From NCBI RefSeq assembly GCF_964213995.1, contig NC_135803.1, positions 116,808,001 through 116,872,000 on the forward strand: 64,000 nt of DNA, written 5' to 3'. The notes under the pieces were generated by a model that was not told the DNA's origin, ran no database searches, and saw only the letters and a list, made by a program, of their open reading frames with translations. Position numbers and translations under genes: made by a program. Each line of letters begins with the position of its first letter. Position 1 is the stretch's first letter. Origin of the DNA: Mustelus asterias (Eukaryota). Shown in pieces: positions 49,947 to 63,609 of the stretch.

Positions 49947-50892
49947 GTGAGTGAGTACCTGCCAGTTTATAAAGTGATGAGACAAATGTTTATCTATTGA
50001 TGGGCATTTTGTACAATTCATAATTTCCTTCATTTATAAAAAAAAAATCACGTTTGGTGTCACTGCATAGGATAGCATATTTAATGTGTGAATGACTGGA
50101 ATTGCACAGCAGTCAGAACTAAACTTGCACCAATGTGAATTTCTGTTCAATCAGGGTGCCGTGCAATGCCTGTGTCCCATCCCAATACTTCTGCCAAAAT
50201 TACCTGGAGTTCTAACCCCCTAATAATAGCAAAAAGATGAAGGAGAACCTGGTTCATGATCAACAGTACAAGAAAAGTGTGTAGATAGGAGCTCATGACT
50301 CATTAAAGAAAAACAGAAAACATTGCTGAAGCCTGAAAAGTAAACCTTTTTAAAAATGTGACCATGGCCATGGAATACCCCTCTTGAGACTTGAATCTTG
50401 AAAAACAAGATGTGCTGCTACTTCAATGATGAAATGTCCAGCTCCAAACAGAAAAGAATATGGAAAGCTTAACTAATCAATTTGAGAAACCTGTTCATCA
50501 AAAGTACAGATTGGATAAACTCCAGACATGGACAAAAACAAGATACTTGAATGGTGAGAGGTTCTCGTGAATATTTAATTTTCTATTTCTGGAGATGCAG
50601 CGGCTGCCAATTCCTTGTCAGTTTTTCAGTATTAGAAGTATAGTAACTTGATCCCACCAAATCTTGATATTTATTTCCGTGATGAATTGTTGCCCGAATC
50701 ATATGAGGAAACCTTTCCATTTGCATAAAAGGAACTGATCCATCTTAAGCACCTCCATATAAATCTACTAATTTGAACCAGTAATTTTTGCCTGTTGGAA
50801 TGCTTATTTTTATCTCCTAACTATCAGAAGATCTAAAACTGGTAACTGGAAAAGTTCTAAACTTTCCATTAATTTTTCTATTTTTTTAAAAG

Positions 50893-50993
50893 GAAAACTG
50901 TCCTGCCTGCAGCCAGGTACCTCAAGATCTACAGTTTCCACCATCAGCAAAACTCCAGGAGCTCCTGGATTACTTGACTCAAAATGCTTCACT
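50893..50993 (+). CDS. UBA3: UBA3 exon 15, 101 nt
   Basis: [34 protein letters not shown]; AAG acceptor, GTAAGC donor. Confidence 0.96.
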
Positions 50994-51642
50994 GTAAGCT
51001 TCCTTTTAAATATTTTATTCCTCTCTTTCAGGTCTCATGTGTTTTACTATATCTTCGTTTTTGCTACCTTGTGATCATATTGTTATTTACAATTAAGGTA
51101 TCTGCTGATTTTGCCACCTCGTGGTTTTGACCTGTATCTGGTGACAAAGCAAGGGAAGGAAGGGCAGGTATCTGAAACAAAAAATACTGGGGGGGAAAGT
51201 TTGCCTATCAAATTTTTCAGTTCATATTTAGCTGGGGCCTGAAAAGAAAATGTGTGAAATAGAAGGGGGGTTATTGACTGAAAGCTTTTTTCTGAACTGT
51301 TCTAGGTAACCAAAAGATAATAGTTGCACAAAATGTGCTTAATGTTAATTGCCAAGGCATTCAGAAGTACATTGCGATAGTTAAGCTAGCATAGCAAAAT
51401 GGAAGCCCCCAGTTCTTCTCCAAAGAAGTGGCACAATGCTTATCCAGAAAAGGGCCTTCATTAATTGGCAGTCAATATCGGTTATCCATTAAAATGATCT
51501 TGCACGGGAATAAATAGTAAGCTGCAGAAAAACAATATTTCAAGAGCAAGCAAGGACAACGCAGGCTTAATTGATCGCAAATGATCTTGATGAAGGGAGG
51601 GTGAATGACCATGTTGATGAACATAGTAATTTTTGCCCACAG

Positions 51643-51706
51643 ACAAATGAAGTCCCCAGCTATCACTGCAACTCTGGATGGAAAAAATAAAACACTCTAT
51701 TTACAA
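51643..51706 (+). CDS. UBA3: UBA3 exon 16, 64 nt
   Basis: QMKSPAITATLDGKNKTLYLQ; donor GTAAGA. Confidence 0.96.
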
Positions 51707-51808
51707 GTAAGAATTTAATTCTGTGTAATAATTTTATTAATTGTTGTCTCAGCCACAAAGTTAGTAAGGTTACTGTATTGAAAGCTAATGTAATGTATTG
51801 TTTTACAG

Positions 51809-51863
51809 ACCGTAGCATCAATTGAAGAAAGGACCAGGCCAAATCTTTCAAAAACCTTGAAGG
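51809..51863 (+). CDS. UBA3: UBA3 exon 17, 55 nt
   Basis: TVASIEERTRPNLSKTLK; donor GTAAGT. Confidence 0.96.
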
Positions 51864-53445
51864 GTAAGTGTAGAATGTTTAGAGTTCTCATGATTTTGTG
51901 GAAGTTCTCCCATGCGCTAAAATGTTAGTTTGATAAGCTATCTTTTTAAGTAGTTGAGCACAAGTGTTGCAGTCACCAATTTTGAACTCTCAGCATTTCT
52001 TGATGCTTACTTTTACTAATTTTCTATCTTGCAGAAAAGTAAAAATCTAGAATCATGAAAGTGTATCAAAGCCTCTTTTAAAAGCTGTTATATTGCTGAA
52101 TATCTCAGTAATATATTCATACAGAATACTCATGGAAAGGATGTGGAGAATAGGAGATAAAATAAAGCTGTATTCCTTATTTTGTCAAAGAATTTTTGCT
52201 TTCATATCTTCCAATTCCAATTGTAGATTGCTTCTATAAAGCTGCTAAAAAATTCATTATCAATTCGGGGAGGGGGGGTGGGGGTGCAGGTGGGATTCAT
52301 AAGTTCCCCTCTCAACCTCTTAAGCAAATGAAACGAATCCAAGCAGCTCTAATGACCATGTTTGTTTTACCTGGAATTTCATCTGTCTTTTTTGGACCTT
52401 AGAAGATATGCAGAGAGTCGTGTGTGTCACTTCCACCCTGAATGTATAAATACTATGTCACATAAGAATGATGCACTTAAAAAGAATAGAGCACTTTTAC
52501 CAGTTGTGAACAAAAGAATAGTTCATAATTTCATGTGTTTGGCTTATCGAAGGGTAAATGATAACTGACACGTTTTGCTCCAAAACAGCTGTCTAGGCAG
52601 TTTCAATAGCTGGAGTTGTATGTCAGAATTTTTGCAGGATTCCCTTGAAGAGATGGATGGTCAGCAGGTTATTAAGTTAGTCACTTCCAGATTTTATCAT
52701 TAGGAGGTCAAGTTTCTTTGCAGGTCGACTTAGATTAGGAATTAGGCTAGGAAGCTTTTAGGTTGGAGCAGCCTCCAAATTTAAAAAAGGTTTTGGTGTT
52801 ACTTGGTCTTCAGCTGATACGTTGCAGCAGTATTCCTTGCAGACTGCCTGTTACTCTTTCGTTCCTGGGATAATGAAGGATTTTTGGTATCAGAAGTCAG
52901 TTTTGTTCACATCAGCTATTGTTCACCAAGAATGATTTAAAGCCAAAAGCCATTACTGTACAATGGAAATAAATGATGGCCATTCACATCTGCTAGTGAT
53001 TAATTGGTTTTCTGCCACTCTCTTTTGTTAAATTACAAACTTGAGGACATGAAGTCCATTAATTTTGAGTTTGGGGTAACCCACGAGCAATGGCAGGTCT
53101 GACTTCCACAGAGGGGCTCTTTCTGGATATGTCCATTCACTGGAGAGGCCCCCTCCCAGGGTGATTTAATTAGGAATTTTCCAGAAACTTGAGGTAGTCT
53201 GAATTGAATTTGGAGAAGTCACCTGACCCTTGGCAGCCAATGTAGCCATCTTGTCAGTGTCCATTTTGTTTTTTTTAAAAAAACATTCCGGAAGTTTCCA
53301 GATGAATATAGTCCATGTTTGAAATTATGAATAGAACATACCTTCGCTAGGCATAACATTATGCCTCCCTTAAAATGAGTAGATCCTGCTTTTTTGCTAC
53401 CCAGAATAATTAAGTTCGTTTAAACTAGGAATCATTCTTGTGGCC

Positions 53446-55582
53446 CTTTGATTAGGCAGGATTTGGTGGCTGTTGATTGGGAGAGGCTGTTCGAGGGTAA
53501 ATCCACATCTGGCATGTGGGAGTCTTTTAAGGAGCAGTTGATAGGACTGCAGGACAGGCATGTGCCTGTAAAGAGGAAGGATAGGAAAGGTAGGATTCGA
53601 GAGCCGTGGATAACCAGTGAAATTGTGGGTCTAATCAAAAAGAAAAAAGAGGCATACATGAGGTCCAGGAAGCTAAAAACAGATGGAGTCCTGGAGGAAT
53701 ACAGAGAAAGTAGAAAAGAACTTGAACAAGGAGTTAGAAGGGCAAAAAGGGGTCACGAAATGTCCTTGGAAGACAGGATTAAGGAGAATCCTAAGGCATT
53801 TTATACATGCGTTAGGAACAAGAGGGTTGTTAGGGAAAGAATCGGACCTCTCGGGAAGAAAGGAGGGGAATTATGCTTAGAACCAAAGGAAATAGGTGAG
53901 ATTCTAAACAAATACTTTGCATCAGTATTCACAAAGGAGAGGGACATGTTGATTGGGATTGTCTCAGAGAGATGTGTTGACCCATTAGAAAAAATCTCAA
54001 TTACAAGGGAGGAAGTGTTAGGTTTTTTAGGAAACAAGACAGACAAATCCCCAGGGCCAGATGGCATCTATCCTAGACTCCTCGGGGAGGCGAGAGATGC
54101 GATTGCTGGGCCTCTAACAGAAATCTTTGTATCTTCACTGGACACAGGTGAGGTCCCAGAGGATTGGAGGATAGCAAATGTGGTCCCGTTATTTAAGAAG
54201 GGTAGCAAGGATAACCTGGGTAATTATAGGCCAGTGAGCTTGACGTCCGTGGTAGGGAAGTTGTTGGAGCAGATTCTTAGAGATAGGATATATGCGCATT
54301 TAGAACTGAATAATCTCATTAGCGATAGACAGCATGGTTTTGTACGAGGGAGGTCATGCCTCACAAATTTGGTTGAGTTTTTGAGGAGGTGACAAAAACG
54401 ATTGACGAGGGAAGGGCCATGGATGTCGTCTATATGGATTTTAGTAAAGCGTTTGACAAGGTCCCTCATGGCAGGCTAGTGCAAAAGGTTAAATCTCACA
54501 GGATGAAAGGTGAGCTAGCTAGATGGGTGGAGAACTGGCTTAGCCATAGAAGACAGAGGGTAGCAGTGGAGGGATCTTTTTCCGGTTGGAGGTCTGTGAC
54601 TAGTGGTGTTCCGCAGGGCTCTGTACTGGGACCTCTGCTGTTTGTGATATATATAAATGATTTGGAGGAAGATGTAGCTGCTGTGATCAGTAAGTTTGTG
54701 GACGACACAAAGATTGCTGGAGTTGTGGATAATGATGAACATTGTCAGAGAATACAGCAGAATATAGATAGGCTGGAACATTGGGCGGAGAAATGGCAGA
54801 TGGAATTTAATCCAGATAAATGCGAAGTGATGCATTTCGGTAGATCTAATGTAAGGGGGAGCTATACAATAAATGGCAGAACCATCAGGAGTATAGACAC
54901 AGAGAGGGACCTGGGTGTACAAGTCCAGGTGGCAGCATAGGTGGAGAGGGTGGTCAAGAAGGCATATGGCATGCTTGCCTTTATTGGACGGGGCATAGAA
55001 TATAAAAGTTGGCATATGATGTTGCAGCTGTATAGAACGATGGTTAGGCCACATTTGGAATACCGCGTCCAGTTCTGGTCGCCACACTACCAGGAGGACG
55101 TGGAGGCTTTGAAGAGAGTACAGAAAAGGTTTACCAGGATGTTGCCTGGTATGGAGGGTCTTAGCTATGAGGAGAGATTGGGTAAACTGGGGTTGTTCTC
55201 CCTGGAAAGACGGAGGATGAGGGGCGACCTAGTAGAGGTGTATAAAATTATGAAGGGCATAGATAGAGTGAACAGTGGGAAGCTTTTTCCCAGGTCGGAG
55301 ATGACAAACACAAGGGGTCACGGATTCAAGGTGAGGGGGGGCAAGGTTCAACACAGATGTCAGGGGGACGTATTTTACACAGAGGGTGGTGGGGGCCTGG
55401 AATGCACTGCCAAGCAAGGTGATTGAGGCGGACACACTGGGATCGTTTAAGACTTATCTAGATAGCCACATGAACAGACTGGGAATAGAGGGGTACAAAA
55501 GAATGTTCTAGTGGGCACATGAGCGGCGCAGGCTTGGAGGGCCGAAGGGCCTGTTCCTGTGCTGTATTGTTCTTTGTTCTTT
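53446..55582 (+). mobile_element. 5'-truncated CR1/HER1 LINE (UBA3 intron 17)
   Basis: Consecutive ORFs of 314, 183 and 161 aa form one ORF2 broken by a frameshift (~54385) and a stop (54938); (TTGTTCT)n tail. Confidence 0.94.
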
Positions 55583-55739
55583 GAAGCTTTTCCAAACGTA
55601 CATCACCCCCATCATGGGAACTGAAACTGGACAGATAATTGTGGAAAGATAAAATTATGTGCTTTGTTTTGTACCGATGAATCAGTATCTCTCTGTGTTG
55701 AACTTTATTTGGAAGGAGTACTGAGGGTAGCAGGGCACA

Positions 55740-58700
55740 GATTGTACTCTGGGTGAAAGACTTCAATGTCCATCACTAAGAGTGGCTCAGTAGCACTACT
55801 ATAAGGATTTATCTGCCAGACAAGTCCTGTGGCAGCTTGTGAGTGAACCAACATGGGGGAAAAACCTACTTGATGTCATCCTCACCTAATTCCCCATCTG
55901 TCCATGACATTATTGCTGTAGAATTTTATTCAACCACCATCTGTAACCATATGGTCTGACACATCCCTCAGTCAACCATTATCATCAAGCCAGGAGATCA
56001 ACCCTGAATCAATGAGGAGGGAAAGAGAGCATTTGATTTGATTTTGATTTGTTATTGTCACATGTATTAACATACAGTGAAAAATATTGTTTCTTGCGCG
56101 CTATACGGACAAAACATACCATTCATAGAGAAGGAAAGGCGAGAGTGCAGAATGTAGCATTACAGTCATAGCTAGGGTGTAGAGAAAGATAAACTTAATG
56201 CAAGATAAGTCCATTCTCCATTCAAAAGTCTGACAGCAGCAGGGAAGAAGCTGTTCTTGAGTCGGTTGGTACGTGACCTCAGACTTTTGCATCTTTTTCC
56301 CGAAGGAAGAAAGTGAAAGAGAGAATGTCCGGGATGCCTGGGGTCCTTAATTATGCTGGCTGCTTTGCTGAGGCAGCGGGAAGTGTAGTCAGAGTCAATG
56401 GATGGGAGGCTGGTTTGTGTGATGGATTGGGCTACATTCACTATCTTTTGTAGTTCCTTGCAGTCTTGGGCCAAGCAGGAGCCATACCAAGCTGTGATAC
56501 AACCAGAAAGAATGCTTTCTATGGTGCATCTGTAAAAGATGGTGAGAGTTGCAGCTGACGTGCCAAATTTCCTCAGTCTTCTGAGAAAGTAGAGGCGTTG
56601 GTGAGCTTTCTTAACTATAATGTCGGCATGGAGGGACCAGAACAGGTTGTTGATGATCCGGACACCTAAAAACTTGAAGCTCTCCACCCTTTCTACTTCG
56701 TCCCCATTGATGGAGACAGGGGCATGTTCTCCTTTACGTTTCCTGAAGTCAATGACCATCTCCTTGATTTTGTTGACATTGAGGGAGAGATTGTTGTTGT
56801 CGCACCAGATTCTCTATCTCATTCCTGTACTCTGTCTCATCATTGTTTGAGATCTGGCCCACTACGGTGGTGTCATCAGCAAACTTGAAAATCGAATTGG
56901 AGGGAAATTTGGCCAGACAGTCATGGGGTGTCTAAGGAGTATAGTAGTGGGCTGAGAACACAGCCTTGTGGGGCACCGGTGTTGAGGATGATCGTGGAGG
57001 AGGAATTGTTGCCTATCCTTACTGATTGTGGTCTGTGAGTTAGGAAGTTCAGGATCCAGTTGCAGAGGGAGGTGCCGAAGCCCAGGCCATGGAGTTTGGA
57101 GATGAGTTTCGTGGGAATAATAGTGTTGAAGGCTGAGTTGTAGTTAATAAATAGATGCCCAGAGCAGCACAGCCATACCTAAAAATCAGATGCCAATTTT
57201 GTCAAGCTGCAACACAAGACTACCAGCAAGCTAGATAGAGTTGAGCAATCCCAGAACTAATGGATCAGATCAAAGCTCTACAGTCTTGCCACATTCCGGT
57301 GTAAATGGTGGTGGATAATTAAGGAACAAACCTGAGGTGAAGGCTCCATGAACATCGCTGTCATTAATGATTGAGGGTCCAGCATTGTGGTGAAAAGGCA
57401 TTTGCAACCATTTCAGCCAGAAGTATATAGAATGAATGATCCATCGCCGCCACCTACTGAGATTCACAGCATCACATATGCCAGTATTCAGAAAGTTCAG
57501 TTCACTCCTATTGTCAAATAACAACTGGAGGCCCTGAATACAGCAAACACAATGGGCTGTGATAATAGCCTGACTATAGTCTGTAAAGACTCTGCTCTAA
57601 AATTAGTTGTGCCCCTAGCCAAGCTGTCCCAAGTATAGCTCCAATACCGGCATCTACCACACAATGTGGAAAATTACGGGGTTATGTCCTGTAAAAAGTA
57701 GGGGAAATCATTCTATTCACAATCAGCAGCAAAGCAATGGAAGGTGTCGATGGAAAGTACTGAGCAATAACCTGCTCATCAATTCACAGTTTGTTCCACC
57801 ATGTATGTATGCTCAGCTTGGGAACTCATTACAGCCTTGGCCCAAACCTGGACAAAAGAGCTGAATTGCAGAAGTGAGCGTTATTATCCTGGATTTGACC
57901 AATTGCGATATCATGGAGCCCTAGCAAAATTGAAGTCAATGATAATCCGGGCAAACTCTCCACTGATTGGAGACATGTCCAGCACAAAGGCAATGAGCAG
58001 CAACAAATGCTGGCCTTGTCAGCAACACTCATGTAAGAGTACTGAAAAAACAGGAAGATATGGTTGTTGGAGGTCAATCATCTCAGCCCCAGAACATTGC
58101 TGTAGGGGTTCCTCAGTGCATTGTCTTTCACCTATCTATCTTCAGCTGCTTTCTAAAGCAGCATAAGGCCAGAAATGGGGATGTTTGCTGATTCCAAAGT
58201 GTTCAGACTCGATCGGCCAAATGGGCTCCCTTTGTACTGTAGGGATTCAAGAGGCAACTAGATAGATACATGAATAGGCAGGAAATAGGGATATGGACCA
58301 CACACAGGCAAGAAAATATTAGAGAGGCATCTGTGTCGGCACAAACTTGGGCCGAAGGGCCTGTTCCTGTGCTGTACTTTTCTTTGTTCTTTGTTCTTTG
58401 TTCAGTACCATTCACAGCTCCTCATGCTGAAGCAGCTGGGTCTGCAGGCAACTGGACCTGGACAACATGAATGCTAGACAATTGGCAAGTAACATTTGCA
58501 CCACACAAGTGCTAGAGCAGTGACTATCTCCAGCAAGCGAGTATCTGAACTATTTCCCCCTTGACATTCAATGGCGTTACCATCACTGACTCCCCCACCA
58601 TCAATGCCAGGGGGTGGGTGGTTTCCTTTGGCAAAAGCTGGACCAGCCGTAAAAAATATTGTGGGTACAGGAGCAAGTCAAAAGCTGAAAATTCTGTGAC

Positions 58701-58930
58701 CAATAACTTGCCTCCTGAGCACAAGTTAGGAGTTTGATAGAATACTCTCCACTTGTCTAAATGAGTGCTGCTCCACAATGCTCAAGCTCAACATCACCCA
58801 GGACAAAGCAGCCCATTTGATTAGCATCTCTTCCACTCAACACATGGACCGAGGCAGTTCAACAAGGTGGGCTGAACACCACCTTCTCAAGGGCAATATG
58901 AATGGGTGACAAATGTTGGACGTGACAGTG
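55740..58930 (+). mobile_element. Old CR1-like LINE relic carrying nested insertions
   Basis: Decayed endonuclease and RT-like segments on both sides of the Rex1 insert; further CR1 and HE1 tails at about 58203-58402. Confidence 0.55.
56031..57155 (-). mobile_element. Rex1/Babar-clade LINE 3' part
   Basis: VIDFRK..VERVESFKFLGV..KKAHQRLYFLRRLRKF..FYRCTIESILSGCITAWYG..RLKNSFFPAAVRLLN; (CAAAT)n tail. Confidence 0.85.
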
Positions 58931-59100
58931 ACACACATCTCATAAATGATGCAAAAAATATTATTTCAGTTCATGGGAAACAGCATTGGGAATGTGTAAG
59001 AATCACTAATCTCTTCCCAGCAAACATTTGCACATGATTGTTTGTCAATTTCTTACAAAAAAAAGTCTTAACCTTAAATTGAAATGATTTTGTTTTCTAG

Positions 59101-59189
59101 AGTTGGGCCTTACAAACGGACAGGAGCTAGCTGTTGCTGATATAACGACGCCTCAAACAGTGCTTTTCAAACTCCATTTTACTACTTGA
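59101..59189 (+). CDS. UBA3: UBA3 exon 18 coding part, to TGA
   Basis: [29 protein letters not shown]; TTTTCTAG acceptor. Confidence 0.96.
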
Positions 59190-59937
59190 CTGATTTTGAA
59201 GACATTCTGAACAAATTGTACAAAAAATACATTTATGAAAAATATTGATCTGTTTATTATCAGCGTCCTAGACTTTGTCACTTTCTAACAGGCTTGGATT
59301 TGAAGTTAGATATATTTGCTAGTACCACATCAGGCCAAAAATAGTTGAAGGTGCATTGTACATATTATGTTTAAAATGGGATATGACCTAAGTTGCCAAT
59401 TTAAAGATATAGCAGTAGCATTGTGTATAGGAAACTAGGGCATGTACTGTTCCTCCTCTTGATTTCATGCACTGTAACCTCTAATTATCGAGTTAAGATT
59501 GATTTACAGTAAGAAAACAAGGAATCATATTGTTTCAAAAACGTAATGAGTTTTTATCAATTTGTCAAATATGTTTTTGTTCTGTGTTGCAATTTAGGTT
59601 TTATATTTATTGAATGGAGTATTAGCTCGAACAAACATGTCCAGTTTATTTAAACATGCATTGACTAATGTCCTTAAACATGATATTTAATTAGCCTGGA
59701 AACTAGACTCATTTCAAAAATGGAAAGTTATCTGCCCACCACTTACTACCATTTTTGGCTATGAATATTTTTAAATGCTGCAAAAAATGTTACTTTAAAC
59801 CAAAAACTCCTCTTTCCTTGTGATGTGCTGTACAGTGGAGCCCCATTTCAGAATCTGTTACAACTGAGATTTTTTTAAATTCTAAAATGTACAGTAACCT
59901 TCATTCCTTTGCAAATTCTCAAAGTTGTGAATACTGT

Positions 59938-59943
59938 AATAAA
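59938..59943 (+). terminator. Candidate UBA3 polyadenylation signal AATAAA (3' UTR about 750 nt)
   Basis: First canonical AATAAA I could find after the stop codon; AT-rich unique sequence gives way to L2 relics shortly afterwards. Confidence 0.6.
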
Positions 59944-60079
59944 ATGAGCAATAATACTCGATTAGGAGTTTTACATCAGTCTGCAACAATAGCTTATGTT
60001 TATAAAGCAGCTTAACATAAAATGTTGGAAATTTTGCTTGATTGTAAACCAATGTAAGTTAGTGAAAGTGAGTACAGGT

Positions 60080-61250
60080 GTGATAGGGGAACAGGACTTG
60101 CTGCAAGAAATCAAGTGCAATAGGGTTTCGAATTACTCTAAATTAATGGAGAGCGAAATGTGGAAGACCAACCAGGAGGATATTGGAGTAGTCAAATCTA
60201 AAGGTAATGAAGGCATGATGAGGCATTAGCAACAGATGAACCGAGATGGGGCAAAGTCAGGCAATGTTACAAAGGTAGGAAAGAGGCAGTTTTAATTATG
60301 GCAGAATGTGAGATCATAAGCTCATGGGGTTAAATGTGGGTTGTGAACAGCCTGGCTTACTCTTTTTAGCGAGAGGGGTGGAGTTGGTAGCTAAGGAATG
60401 GAGTTTGGAGTGAGGTTCAAAAACAATGGCTGGAATCTTCCCAATATTTAATTGGAGGAAATTTGTGCTCATCAATTACTGGACGTCGGACAAACAATTA
60501 CTGGACATCATTCCTCCTAACAGTGGAGGAATTGAGGAGTGGCGGTGTGGTAGCATACATGTGAAAACTAACACTAAATTTGGGTATTACTGAGGGGAAA
60601 CATGGAGATGAAAAATAGGAGGGGCCAGTAAATCTTCATTGGGGGGGGGGGGGGGGGGGGTGGCATCAGAGGTAACGGTGTGGGAGTGGAAAGAGAAACT
60701 TGATGTTATTTTCAGGCTATGGTTAGAGATCAGTCTGACCCAGCTGGACAACAGTAAAGAGGTATTGAAGTAAAATACTGTGACAAACTCTGTCAAAAGC
60801 AGCAGATAGTTTGAGAAGGACGAAGAGGGAAAGTTTCTATTTGGCACAGTTATATAGGATATCACTTGTGACTTCACAGGGATGGAAACTGACTGGAAGG
60901 GTTCAAGTATAGAATTCTGGGAAAGATGGGAAACTGTTGGAAGGACTTTTGAGACCAGGAAGATTGGAGATGGTCTGGTAGTTTGCAAGAAAAGTGAGGT
61001 CGAGGTTTTTGAGGGGAGGGGTGCTAACATCTAATTTAAAAGACAGAGGGGCGAGATCTGTGCGAGAACTGTTTCCAGTATCGATTAATGTGAGGGCCAA
61101 GAGGGGAAGTTGTGTGATCAGCTTAATGGGAATCGAATCATGAGAATACGAGATGGATCTCTGACAAGGTGAGCTCAGAGGGCATGAAGGGAGATGGGAG
61201 AGAAACTTGAGAAAAGGTGAGCTTGTGGAAGGGAGGGATGTGACAGAGGT
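60080..61250 (-). mobile_element. Degenerate L2-clade LINE
   Basis: Minus-strand fragments such as LDLTFLANYQTISNLP and LEPFQS resemble L2 reverse transcriptase. Confidence 0.6.
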
Positions 61251-61954
61251 AGCTAATTGGATTATATAAATCTTGTCAAGCCCATGTTAAGAAAAAGCTC
61301 CTTTATTTTTGTTGGCGGTGAGGGGTATGGGGAAAAGCCTGAAGTCATAATGCTTATTTGGCAATCCGAGGCAGATGTGATGGGGCAATTGAACAATTCT
61401 ATTGGTAAGGGGAAAAGGGAGAGGGTAAGTATTTGTTCTCTTTTTAGGTCAAACCAAACCAAGTAAACAAGTATTTGTCTTCAGGGCATTGTCCTAATTC
61501 AGGCTCTCATTGTAATATGCTTGAAAAGCAGTAGTTTTCTTTGTATATTTTTAAAAAGGGACAAAACGACATTTTGCAACTATTGAATGTCAAGACAGCA
61601 TCTGTAAAGAGAGACGCAAAGTTAACATTTCGGGTTGAAGACCTTTCATCACAACAGGGTGGTTGCACCCACCCTAAACTTGAAGTTCCCGTGTATGCAG
61701 AATTCCTGAGGTTTTTCTGAGAATAATTAGATATGATATTTTCACCCACTGGAGACTTGTCATGACGGTTGTTACTGAAATAGAAGAGAAAATGCAAAAA
61801 TAATTAGGTGAACCAGGCAGAACCAAGAGGACTGGGAGAGGGATCGTAAGGTATGGTGGCATACTGGTTATGTTACTAGATGAGTAAACCAGAGATGTGT
61901 TCAAATCCCACTGGCAATTGGGGAATTAAAATTGATTTAATTAAATAAATCTAC

Positions 61955-62200
61955 TGCAGGGCTACATTCGCGGCCAGGTGTCCCTTGCGAGGGAGCATGT
62001 GGTGTCCACTGGCACTATTGAGGCTTTTCATGCCTGCTGGGCACCACAGACTTGGATGTCTTCTTGACCCCTTTAATCACATTTTAATTTGTTTTAAGTT
62101 TTATTTATGATTTATTTTAGTTCAAGGCAATACCCCTTTAAGGGGTCTTTTTGCCCCTCAGTTTGTTTAATTTAGTTTAATTGTTTTGTACAAAAGAGTT
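61955..62200 (+). mobile_element. Tx1-like 3' end, older copy
   Basis: GGCTACATTCGCGGCCAGGTGTC is shared with the 16850 unit; ends AAAAGAG. Confidence 0.7.
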
Positions 62201-62539
62201 GGACTAAACAGTAATTCAATAATGGCATCAATGAAATGACTGGATTGTTATAAAATTTGTCTTTATTTATTAGTGTCACAAGTAGGCTTATATTAACACT
62301 GCAATGAAGTTACTGTGGAAATCCCCTAGTAGCCACACTGCGACGCCTGTTTGGGTACACTGAGGAAGAATTTGGCATGGCCAAGGCTAAATTCTTTCAA
62401 ACTGTGGGAGGAAACCGGAACACCCTGGAGGAAACCAATGCAGACACGGGAGAACGTGCAGACTCCGCACAGACAATGACTCAAGCCAACAATGGAATCC
62501 CAGTGTTGCAAATATTATTGCATTTAAACAGTGCACTCT

Positions 62540-63332
62540 TGAATACATACGAGCATATGGATTAGGAGCAGGAGTAGACCATTCGGCCTTCAAGTCTGCT
62601 CCATCATTCAATAAAATCATGGCTGATCTGATTGTAACCTTAATTCTACATTCTAGCCTATCCCCATTAACCTTCCAACCCTTGCTTATCAAGAATCTAT
62701 ATATCTCTGTTTTAAAAATATTAAAAGACTGCTTCCTTTTGAAGAAGGGTTCCAAAGACCCTCAACCCTCTGAGCAAAAATAATCTGCTCATCGCTGTCC
62801 TAAATGAGCAACCTGTCAAGACCCCTCAGGATCTGAAGTGTTTCAATCAAGCCACCTCTTACTCTGAAGTCCAGCAGATAAAAACCTAGCCTATCCGACT
62901 TTTCCTCATAAGAACACCCACTCAATCCAGATATTAGTTTAGTAAACCCTCTCTGAACTACTTCCATTTACATCCTTCATTAAATGAGACCAATACTGTA
63001 CACAGTGCTCCAGATATGGTCTCACTAATGCCTGGATAACAAGCATAACCTCCCTATTTTTGTATTCAATTCCCATCACAAATTATTTCATTAGCTTTCA
63101 TTCTAACCTTTAGCAATTAATGTATGAGGACATCTAGAATCCTATGCATCTCCGGGTTCTGCAATCTCAAACCATTTTATTTTTCCTGGCAAAATTGACA
63201 ATTTCATACTTTCCCACATTATACCCCATTTGCCAGGTCATTGCCCACTCACTTAATTTATCTATATCCCCTTGTAGCAGCCTTATTTCCACTTCACATT
63301 TTACTATTTCACTTATCTTTGTGTCATTGGCA
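62540..63332 (-). mobile_element. Old CR1 LINE 3' part
   Basis: ANDTKI..LQGDIDKLSEWAMTWQMGYNVGK motif; tail related to the 22208 element. Confidence 0.75.
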
Positions 63333-63609
63333 GTCATCCTAACACAATCTACCAGTGCAGTCTTCCCCCCCTCCCCCACAGGTATATTCAAACATATTGC
63401 ACGTAAAGGCCTTATACTGTCTATGAGTAAAAGGAACAAAAATGTACCAAGAACATTCTTGCACACTATTATGCAAAATCTGATTAGAAATGTCCTTAGT
63501 TTTCATTTTTGTTTAAGTATATCTTATGCACCTACATTGAGACTTAACACGAGTAGGGATGCTATTTTTGGTTTGACATAAAAAGTTATGCTATGAATGG
63601 TTCTTTACC

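Larger units (their letters stand above)
24759..59189 (+). other. UBA3: UBA3 gene span, 18 coding exons, 1389 nt, 462 aa NEDD8-activating enzyme E1 catalytic subunit
   Basis: All 18 exons join in frame with GT..AG introns. Protein has GAGGLG nucleotide-binding loop, SNLNRQFLF, catalytic PMCT cysteine, CIEC and CPAC zinc motifs, and a C-terminal E2-binding ubiquitin-fold domain. Confidence 0.97.
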
